NCBI GenBank assembly: GCA_964016885.1
Contig: OZ024757.1
Coordinates: forward strand, 1,860,001 to 1,924,000
Origin: Eledone cirrhosa
Taxonomy: Eukaryota
Direction of reading: 5' to 3'
DNA length: 64,000 bases
Below the pieces are notes generated by a model. That model worked only from the letters and a program-made list of their open reading frames with translations, had not been told where the DNA came from and ran no database searches. Position numbers and translations under genes: made by a program. Of the stretch, positions 1 to 12,700 are shown piece after piece; the stretch's first letter is position 1, and the number at the start of each line of letters is the position of its first letter.

Positions 1-3330
<3,330 letters not shown>

Positions 3331-3360
3331 GAGAAAATTGAGGTTGGTAATGGCACTTAC

Positions 3361-3480
3361 AATTAAGGACAAAATGAAAACACACACACACATAGAACAA
3401 ACAACCAACCAACAACATGTAAATAAATAAATAAATAAATAAACAAATAGATAAATGAACACAAACACACACAGACACCC
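3361..3480 (-). other. Possible non-coding first exon on the minus strand
   Basis: CACTTAC at 3354-3360 reads GTAAGTG on the minus strand, a consensus 5' splice site about 120 bp from the motif cluster. The start of the exon is not determinable from sequence. Confidence 0.3.
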
Positions 3481-3536
3481 GGATGTGGCGCATGCGCAAA
3501 CTGAGCACACAACACACACACAGAAACAAAATGGCG
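3479..3536. promoter_or_regulatory. Candidate housekeeping-type promoter: ETS + NRF1 + YY1 motif cluster
   Basis: CCGGATGT (3479-3486, ETS CCGGAWGT), palindromic GCGCATGCGC(A) (3488-3498, NRF1/Ewg consensus) and CAAAATGGCG (3527-3536, YY1/Pho consensus) lie within 58 bp. They form a local CpG cluster in otherwise CpG-poor DNA. Confidence 0.55.
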
Positions 3537-3789
3537 TAGGACAGAAGAAAGGAAAGGCACAGAAACAAAGAAAGGAATCCCCAGTCACTGAAGAGGTCAC
3601 AGAGTGTGTGACGAAAGGACTATGACTATATATAAACAACTATCTGGTTGTGGAACCAACCAACCAACCAGAAATTTATAAGTTTGTAGATTTGTAAATT
3701 TATAAACTTATAAATATATAATAAATTGAAGTGAAAGCAACTGGTGCGTGTGTTTCTTATTGGCAACATGACCCTCCCAAAGTATAACA

Positions 3790-3855
3790 ATACATATATG
3801 TATTTATACATATATACATATATACATATATATAATTATATATATATATATATAT
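3790..3855. repeat. Short (TA)/(TACA) microsatellite
   Basis: TACATATATGTATTTATACATATATACATATATACATATATAATTATATATATATATAT; a second (TG)n(TA)n(CA)n tract lies at about 4005-4050. Confidence 0.85.
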
Positions 3856-4006
3856 TGTTTTAAAAAGTGTTGTGATTTGAGGAAGGTTTAGCTGGTATTT
3901 TTAGCAGGTCCAACAACTACGAAGACTCGTGTTTTTTAATTTATTTAATTTTTGCATGTTTGCATGTATGTGAGTATGTATATATACTAGTACATCTACG
4001 TATGCA

Positions 4007-4049
<43 letters not shown>

Positions 4050-4390
4050 GTATATATGTGATACAAATCTAGTATTAACTGTATTTTCATCAATTTTACA
4101 AAAGTATTTAACAGAAGAAAAAGTTACAAAATAAATTTAAAATATTTAAAATATTTAAAAAAACAAAGAAAACCAAAATGTTTTCATTACATTTTGTTTG
4201 TAGATATGACTTAGCCATCTCTGTATCTTTCTGTCAATCATAGATTTCTATGAGATTAAAGAGCTGTTCATTTTTGTGGGACATAATTTCAAATGTCTTT
4301 TTTCTTTGAAAACTGAACAATTATTTTTTTTTATCTGTAATAAATAAAAGATCTTTATTTAAATATGGTGTCACATCTCTTCCATTCTTT

Positions 4391-4637
4391 TAATAATAAT
4401 AATAATGATAATAATGAAATTATTGTGTACAGTGCTCAGGTGCACTACAACTCATCAAAGGTGCATGTATAGTATATAGAATAATGTACAAATGTCAGGA
4501 AAATAAACAGTGTATGAGTCATGAAATACATGTGTGTATGGAGGGGGCACATCAGGTGTAGTGTTGGCGAAACATGGAGGTTTTAAAGGATGCAGTGTCT
4601 CGACAGCTAACAACTGATGCAGGGAGTTTGTTCCATG
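4391..4637 (-). mobile_element. 5'-truncated CR1/L2-group LINE 3' end (ORF2 C-terminus, 3' UTR, (ATT)n tail)
   Basis: Minus-strand 4635->4552 translates WNKLPASVVSCRDTASFKTSMFRQHYT*, matching the CR1-group ORF2 terminal motif WNxLPxxVVxxxxxxxFK. It is followed by about 135 bp of UTR and an (ATT)n tail (TAA repeats at 4391-4416 on +). Confidence 0.75.
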
Positions 4638-5298
4638 GACGTTTTAAAGGATACAGTGTCTCGACAGCTAACAACTGATGCAGGGAGTTTGTTCCATGGA
4701 CGTTTTAAAGGATACAGTGTCTCGACAGCTAACAACTGATGCAGGTAGTTTGTTCCATGGAGGTTTTAAAGGATACAGTGTGTCGACAGCTAACAACTGA
4801 TGCAGGTAGTTTGTTCCATGGAGGTTTTAAAGGATACAGTGTCTCGACAGCTAACAACTGATGTAGGTAGTTTGTTCCATGGACGTTTTAAAGGATGCAG
4901 TGTCTCGACAGCTAACAACTGATGCAGGTAGTTTGTTCCATGGAGGTTTTAAAAGATGCAGTGTCTCGACAGCTAACAACTGATGCAGGGAGTTTGTTCC
5001 ATGGGGGTTTTAAAGGATGCAGTGTCTCGACAGCTAATAACTGATGCAGGTAGTTTGTTCCATGGAGGTTTTAAAGGATGCAGTGTCTCGACAGCTAACA
5101 ACTGATGCAGGGAGTTTGTTCCATGGAGGTTTTTAGAGATGCAGTGTCTCGACAGCTAACAACTGTTGCAGGGAGTTTGTTCCATGGAGGTTTTAAAGGA
5201 TGCAGTGTCTCGACAGCTAACAACTGATGCAGGGAGTTTGTTCCATGGAGGTTTTTAGAGATGCAGTGTCTCGACAGCTAACAACTGATGCAGGTAGT
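4573..5298. repeat. 61-bp minisatellite, about 12 copies, derived from the LINE ORF2 end
   Basis: Unit CATGGAGGTTTTAAAGGATGCAGTGTCTCGACAGCTAACAACTGATGCAGGGAGTTTGTTC. CATGG recurs at 4573, 4634, 4695, 4756, 4817, 4878, 4939, 5000, 5061, 5122, 5183 and 5244 (exact 61-bp period, few substitutions). Confidence 0.97.
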
Positions 5299-5870
5299 GA
5301 AAATACAATAGTATATATAGAGTATACTGTGAAAATACAATAGTATATATAGAGTAATGTAAATGTTATGTGAGGTAAAGCCTTTACTGTGAAAATATTA
5401 TAGTATAGTGTAGTGTAAATGTTATGTGAGATATTATGTGAGGTAAAGCCTTGACTGTGAAAATACAATAGTATATATACAGTAATGTAAATGTTATGTG
5501 AGATATTATGAGGTAAAGTCTTTACTGTGAAAATACAATAGTATATATAGAGTAGTGTAAATATTATGTGAGATAATATGTGAGGTAAAGCCTTTACTGA
5601 GAAAATACAATAGTATATATAGAGTAATGTAAATGTCATGTGTGGTAAAGCCTTTACTGTTAAAATACAATAGTATATATAGAGTAATGTAAATGTTATG
5701 TGAGATATTATGTGAGGTAAAGCCTTTACAGTGAAAATACAATAGTATATATAGAGTAATGTAAATGTTATGTGAGGTAAAGCCTTTACTGTGAAAATAC
5801 AATAGTATATATAGAGTAATGTAAATGTTATGTGAGATATTATGTGAGGTAAAGCCTTTAGTGTGAAAAC
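5297..5870. repeat. AT-rich 60/72-bp minisatellite, about 9 units
   Basis: Unit GTGAAAATACAATAGTATATATAGAGTAATGTAAATGTTATGTGAG(ATATTATGTGAG)GTAAAGCCTTTACT. Starts at 5297, 5329, 5389, 5457, 5527, 5599, 5659, 5731, 5791 and 5863. An optional internal 12-bp duplication gives 60 versus 72 bp. Confidence 0.95.
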
Positions 5871-6057
5871 ATAATTGTTTCTATTGGCACAAGGCCAGCA
5901 ATTACCCCAGTACATTACTGTTACTTTATTTTATCGACCCCCGTAAAGATGAAAGGCAAAGTTCACCTCGGCGGGATTTGAACTCAGACCATAAAGGGTC
6001 GTAACTCTATGCTGCAAGGCATGGTGTCCAACCCTATACCGATACTGCCAATCCACC
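5871..6057 (-). mobile_element. tRNA-derived SINE (degenerate copy)
   Basis: The minus strand has an A-box-like TGGCAGTATCGG (6050-6039) and a B-box GAGTTCAAATCCC (5985-5973). These are followed by the core CTTTGCCTTTCATCTTTACGGGGGTCGATAAAATAAAGTAACAG and an AT-rich tail. It resembles, from memory, an abundant Octopus SINE with a conserved central domain; the family name is not verified. Confidence 0.8.
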
Positions 6058-6084
6058 AGAGTAATGTAAATGCTAAAGGGTTAA
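6058..6084. mobile_element. Possible piggyBac-type (TTAA) DNA transposon/MITE terminus, solo
   Basis: AGAGTAATGTAAATGCTAAAGGG|TTAA; the reverse complement TTAA|CCCTTTAGCATTT fits piggyBac-superfamily ends (CCCT.. flanked by TTAA). No partner end was seen in the window. Confidence 0.4.
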
Positions 6085-6307
6085 AAACATTCTACATGAC
6101 CACAATGTACATTACTAGAAATCCCAAATGTTATAAAACAAATAGGATGGGTTGGGGTCTCAATATGTAAACTAAACGACTAATTGTGGTTTTTTAAAAA
6201 AATCAAGGGAGACAACTTATCGATTTTCCAACTCATCCTGCTTATCCCCACCCCCACCCCTCCTATTATTTGGGACCCAAGAGTAGGTAGGTGTGTGGGT
6301 GTATGTA

Positions 6308-6770
6308 TGTACATGGATAAAGGGCAGTTGCAAAACCTTTGAGGAATGTCGTCTAGAAGATAAACAACTGAAGTGTCAGCCCCGGAAGGGCTATGTTCAC
6401 AGTCTTGATGAAGTCATCAGTAGTTGGACATGCAAGTCCTGTCAGTGTGTACTCCCCTCAATGGCTGGTTATGTTAAACACCTGAAGTCACATGAAAGGA
6501 TAACCACCCGCAATACCACTCAACAAAAACCTGGCGTAAGAACATGCGTGATATGCAACACAAATCATAAGGTGCTCCATAAGGATTGTGTCCCACAGGG
6601 TGACCCCCACCGGTCCTGTGGAAGTCACAACTCTCTTCTGTCACCTGTGTCGTAAGCCATGCAGATCTACAGCTGGTCTACAATGTCATCTACGAAGTCA
6701 TGGACGTGGTGGGTTGATAATGAAGAATCGATAAGAGACGGCAATCGTCTGGGAAGACGCTGGAATGTTC
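6308..6770 (+). mobile_element. Decayed RTE-clade LINE 3' fragment encoding C2H2 zinc fingers
   Basis: WIKGSCKTFEECRLE..KCQPRK resembles the RTE ORF C-terminal W...FExxR...KRxxRK segment. Finger 1 is CKSCQCVLPSMAGYVKHLKSH (6431-6493, C-x2-C-x12-H-x3-H), followed by a collapsed middle finger (CVICNTNHKVLH). After a +1 frameshift comes finger 3, CHLCRKPCRSTAGLQCHLRSH (6639-6701), with stop TAA at 6732-6734. The short 3' UTR has a hairpin CGTCT-GGGA-AGACG (6746-6759). Confidence 0.65.
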
Positions 6771-6775
6771 AATTT

Positions 6776-9700
6776 AGGTAGACAGGTAGACAGTTATGGT
6801 AGCTTAGTGTATAAGGTGGACAGGTAGACAGTTATGGTAGCTTAGTGTATGAGGTGGACAGGTAGACAGTTATGGTAGCTTAGTGTATGAGGTGGACAGG
6901 TAGACAGTTATGGTAGCTTAGTGTATGAGGTGGACAGGTAGACAGTTATGGTAGCTTAGTGTATGAGGTGGACAGGTAGACAGTTATGGTAGCTTAGTGT
7001 ATGAGGTGGACAGGTAGACAGTTATGGTAGATTAGTGTATGAGGTGGACAGGTAGACAGTTATGGTAGCTTAGTGTATGAGGTGGACAGGTAGACAGTTA
7101 TGGTAGCTTAGTGTATGAGGTGGACAGGTAGACAGTTATGGTAGCTTAGTGTATGAGGTGGACAGGTAGACAGTTATGGTAGATTAGTGTATGAGGTAGA
7201 CAGGTAGATTAGTGTATGAGGTAGACAGGTAGACAGTTATGGTAGATTAGTGTATGAGGTAGACAGATAGACAGTTATGGTAGATTAGTGTATAAGGTGG
7301 ACAGGTAGACAGTTATGGTAGATTAGTGTATGAGGTAGACAGGTAGATTAGTGTATGAGGTAGACAGGTAGACAGTTATGGTAGCTTAGTGTATGAGGTG
7401 GACAGGTAGACAGTTATGGTAGCTTAGTGTATGAGGTGGACAGGTAGACAGTTATGGTAGCTTAGTGTATAAGGTGGACAGGTAGACAGTTATGGTAGCT
7501 TAGTGTATGAGGTAGACAGTTATGGTAGCTTAGTGTATGAGGCAGACAGGTAGACAGTTATGGTAGATTAGTGTATGAGGTGGACAGTTATGGTAGCTTA
7601 GTGTATGAGGTGGACAGGTAGACAGTTATGGTAGCTTAGTGTATGAGGTAGACAGGTAGACAGTTATGGTAGCTTAGTGTATGAGGTAGACAGTTATGGT
7701 AGCTTAGAGTATGAGGTGGACAGGTAGACAGTTATGGTAGCTTAGTGTATGAGGTAGACAGTTATGGTAGCTTAGTGTATGAGGTAGACAGGTAGACAGT
7801 TATGGTAGATTAGTGTATGAGGTAGACAGTTATGGTAGCTTAGTGTATGAGGTAGACAGGTAGACAGTTATGGTAGATTAGTGTATGAGGTGGACAGGTA
7901 GACAGTTATGGTAGATTAGTGTATGAGGTGGACAGTTATGGTAGCTTAGTGTATGAGGTAGACAGGTAGACAGTTATGGTAGATTAGTGTATGAGGTAGA
8001 CAGGTAGACAGTTATGGTAGATTAATGTATGAGGTGGACAGGTAGACAGTTATGGTAGATTAGTGTATGAGGTGGACAGGTAGACAGTTATGGTAGCTTA
8101 GTGTATGAGGTAGACAGGTAGACAGTTATGGTAGCTTAGTGTATGAGGTGGACAGGTAGACAGTTATGGTAGCTTAGTGTATGAGGTGGACAGGTAGACA
8201 GTTATGGTAGCTTAGTGTATGAGGTGGACAGGTAGACAGTTATGGTAGCTTAGTGTATGAGGTGGACAGGTAGACAGTTATGGTAGCTTAGTGTATGAGG
8301 TGGACAGGTAGACAGTTATGGTAGCTTAGTGTATGAGGTGGACAGGTAGACAGTTATGGTAGCTTAGTGTATGAGGTGGACAGGTAGACAGTTATGGTAG
8401 CTTAGTGTATGAGGTGGACAGGTAGACAGTTATGGTAGCTTAGTGTATGAGGTGGACAGGTAGACAGTTATGGTAGCTTAGTGTATGAGGTGGAGAGGTA
8501 GACAGTTATGGTAGCTTAGTGTATGAGGTGGACAGGTAGACAGTTATGGTAGATTAGTGTATGAGGTAGACAGGTAGATTAGTGTATGAGGTAGACAGGT
8601 AGACAGTTATGGTAGATTAGTGTATGAGGTAGACAGATAGACAGTTATGGTAGATTAGTGTATAAGGTGGACAGGTAGACAGTTATGGTAGATTAGTGTA
8701 TGAGGTGGACAGGTAGACAGTTATGGTAGCTTAGTCTATGAGGTGGACAGGTAGACAGTTATGGTAGCTTAGTGTATGAGGTGGACAGGTAGACAGTTAT
8801 GGTAGCTTAGTGTATGAGGTGGACAGGTAGACAGTTATGGTAGATTAGTGTATGAGGTAGACAGGTAGATTAGTGTATGAGGTAGACAGGTAGACAGTTA
8901 TGGTAGATTAGTGTATGAGGTAGACAGATAGACAGTTATGGTAGATTAGTGTATAAGGTGGACAGGTAGACAGTTATGGTAGCTTAGTGTATGAGGTGGA
9001 CAGGTAGACAGTTATGGTAGCTTAGTGTATGAGGTGGACAGGTAGACAGTTATGGTAGCTTAGTGTATAAGGTGGACAGGTAGACAGTTATGGTAGCTTA
9101 GTGTATGAGGTGGACAGGTAGACAGTTATGGTAGCTTAGTGTATGAGGTAGACAGTTATGGTAGCTTAGTGTATGAGGTAGACAGGTAGACAGTTATGGT
9201 AGATTAGTGTATGAGGTGGACAGTTATGGTAGCTTAGTGTATGAGGTGGACAGGTAGACAGTTATGGTAGCTTAGTGTATGAGGTAGACAGGTAGACAGT
9301 TATGGTAGCTTAGTGTATGAGGTAGACAGTTATGGTAGCTTAGAGTATGAGGTGGACAGGTAGACAGTTATGGTAGCTTAGTGTATGAGGTAGACAGGTA
9401 GACAGTTATGGTAGATTAGTGTATGAGGTAGACAGATATGGTAGCTTAGTGTATGAGGTGGACAGGTAGACAGTTATGGTAGATTAGTGTATGAGGTGGA
9501 CAGGTAGACAGTTATGGTAGATTAGTGTATGAGGTGGACAGTTATGGTAGCTTAGTGTATGAGGTAGACAGGTAGACAGTTATGGTAGATTAGTGTATGA
9601 GGTAGACAGGTAGACAGTTATGGTAGATTAATGTATGAGGTGGACAGGTAGACAGTTATGGTAGATTAGTGTATGAGGTGGACAGGTAGACAGTTATGGT

Positions 9701-12700
9701 AGCTTAGTGTATGAGGTAGACAGGTAGACAGTTATGGTAGCTTAGTGTATGAGGTGGACAGGTAGACAGTTATGGTAGCTTAGTGTATGAGGTGGACAGG
9801 TAGACAGTTATGGTAGCTTAGTGTATGAGGTAGACAGTTATGGTAGCTTAGTGTATGAGGTAGACAGGTAGACAGTTATGGTAGATTAGTGTATGAGGTG
9901 GACAGTTATGGTAGCTTAGTGTATGAGGTGGACAGGTAGACAGTTATGGTAGCTTAGTGTATGAGGTAGACAGGTAGACAGTTATGGTAGCTTAGTGTAT
10001 GAGGTAGACAGTTATGGTAGCTTAGAGTATGAGGTGGACAGGTAGACAGTTATGGTAGCTTAGTGTATGAGGTAGACAGGTAGACAGTTATGGTAGATTA
10101 GTGTATGAGGTAGACAGTTATGGTAGCTTAGTGTATGAGGTGGACAGGTAGACAGTTATGGTAGATTAGTGTATGAGGTGGACAGGTAGACAGTTATGGT
10201 AGATTAGTGTATGAGGTGGACAGTTATGGTAGCTTAGTGTATGAGGTAGACAGGTAGACAGTTATGGTAGATTAGTGTATGAGGTAGACAGGTAGACAGT
10301 TATGGTAGATTAATGTATGAGGTGGACAGGTAGACAGTTATGGTAGATTAGTGTATGAGGTGGACAGGTAGACAGTTATGGTAGCTTAGTGTATGAGGTA
10401 GACAGGTAGACAGTTATGGTAGCTTAGTGTATGAGGTGGACAGGTAGACAGTTATGGTAGCTTAGTGTATGAGGTGGACAGGTAGACAGTTATGGTAGCT
10501 TAGTGTATGAGGTGGACAGGTAGACAGTTATGGTAGCTTAGTGTATGAGGTGGAGAGGTAGACAGTTATGGAAGCTTAGTTTATGAGGTGGACAGGTAGA
10601 CAGTTATGGTAGCTTAGTGTATGAGGTAGACAGGTAGACAGTTATGGTAGCTTAGTGTATGAGGTAGACAGGTAGACAGTTATGGTAGCTTAGTGTATGA
10701 GGTGGACAGGTAGACAGGTATGGTAGCTTAGTGTTTGAGGTAGACAGGTAGACAGTTATGGTAGCTTAGTGTATGAGGTGGACAGGTAGACAGTTATGGT
10801 AGCTTAGTGTATGAGGTAGACAGTTATGGTAGCTTAGTGTATGAGGTAGACAGGTAGACAGTTATGGTAGATTAGTGTATGAGGTGGACAGTTATGGTAG
10901 GTTAGTGTATGAGGTGGACAGGTAGACAGTTATGGTAGCTTAGTGTATGAGGTAGACAGGTAGACAGTTATGGTAGCTTAGTGTATGAGGTAGACAGTTA
11001 TGGTAGCTTAGAGTATGAGGTGGACAGGTAGACAGTTATGGTAGATTAGTGTATGAGGTGGACAGGTAGACAGTTATGGTAGCTTAGTGTATGAGGTAGA
11101 CAGGTAGACAGTTATGGTAGCTTAGTGTATGAGGTGGACAGGTAGACAGTTATGGTAGCTTAGTGTATGAGGTGGACAGGTAGACAGTTATGGTAGATTA
11201 GTGTATGAGGTAGACAGGTAGACAGTTATGGTAGATTAGTGTATGAGGTAGACAGGTAGACAGTTATGGTAGATTAGTGTATGAGGTAGACAGATAGACA
11301 GTTATGGTAGATTAGTGTATAAGGTGGACAGGTAGACAGTTATGGAAGCTTAGTGTATGAGGTGGACAGGTATACAGTTATGGTAGCTTAGTGTATGAGG
11401 TGGACAGGTAGACAGTTATGGTAGCTTAGTGTATAAGGTGGACAGGTAGACAGTTATGGTAGCTTAGTGTATGAGGTGGACAGGTAGACAGTTATGGTAG
11501 CTTAGTGTATGAGGTAGACAGTTATGGTAGCTTAGTGTATGAGGTAGACAGGTAGACAGTTATGGTAGATTAGTGCATGAGGTGGACAGTTATGGTAGCT
11601 TAGTGTATGAGGTGGACAGGTAGACAGTTATGGTAGCTTAGTGTATGAGGTAGACAGGTAGACAGTTATGGTAGCTTAGTGTATGAGGTAGACAGTTATG
11701 GTAGCTTAGAGTATGAGGTGGACAGGTAGAGAGTTATGGTAGCTTAGTGTATGAGGTAGACAGTTATGGTAGCTTAGTGTATGAGGTAGACAGGTAGACA
11801 GTTATGGTAGATTAGTGTATGAGGTAGACAGTTATGGTAGCTTAGTGTATGAGGTGGACAGGTAGACAGTTATGGTAGATTAGTGTATGAGGTGGACAGG
11901 TAGACAGTTATGGTAGATTAGTGTATGAGGTGGACAGTTATGGTAGCTTAGTGTATGAGGTAGAGAGGTAGACAGTTATGGTAGATTAGTGTATGAGGTA
12001 GACAGGTAGACAGTTATGGTAGATTAATGTATGAGGTGGACAGGTAGACAGTTATGGTAGATTAGTGTATGAGGTGGACAGGTAGACAGTTATGGTAGCT
12101 TAGTGTATGAGGTAGACAGGTAGACAGTTATGGTAGCTTAGTGTATGAGGTGGACAGGTAGACAGTTATGGTAGCTTAGTGTATGAGGTGGACAGGTAGA
12201 CAGTTATGGTAGCTTAGTGTATGAGGTGGACAGGTAGACAGTTATGGTAGATTAGTGTATGAGGTAGACAGGTAGACAGTTATGGTAGATTAGTGTATGA
12301 GGTAAACAGGTATACAGTTATGGTAGATTAGTGTATGAGGTAGACAGGTAGACAGTTATGGTAGATTAGTGTATAAGGTGGACAGGTAGACAGTTATGGT
12401 AGCTTAGTGTATGAGGTGGACAGGTAGACAGTTATGGTAGCTTAGTGTATGAGATGGACAGGTAGACAGTTATGGTAGCTTAGTGTATAAGGTGGACAGG
12501 TAGACAGTTATGGTAGCTTAGTGTATGAGGTGGACAGGTAGACAGTTATGGTAGCTTAGTGTATGAGGTAGACAGTTATGGTAGCTTAGTGTATGAGGTA
12601 GACAGGTAGACAGTTATGGTAGATTAGTGTATGAGGTGGACAGTTATGGTAGCTTAGTGTATGAGGTGGACAGGTAGACAGTTATGGTAGCTTAGTGTAT

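Noticed and set aside
4200-4350. Possible minus-strand exon after TTTTATTTATTACAG acceptor (about 4335)
   Set aside because: All frames close within 30 codons and no canonical donor follows; unsupported without RNA data.
5217-5915. 232-aa and 98-aa minus-strand repetitive ORFs
   Set aside because: Products of 60/72-bp units (multiples of 3). The longer ORF starts inside a SINE and ends in the LINE-derived array, with no domain signal.
5960-6057. tRNA gene
   Set aside because: A and B boxes are present but no convincing cloverleaf, and the sequence continues into a SINE core and tail.
6245-6285. C-rich tract ending TTATTTGGGACCCAAGAGTA as a DNA-transposon end or G4
   Set aside because: No matching inverted partner in the window and too short to assign.
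6293-6655. 120-aa ORF as a host zinc-finger gene
   Set aside because: It has a GTG start in a GT-rich tract, a collapsed second finger, a frameshift before the third and no TGEKP linkers. A LINE remnant explains it better.
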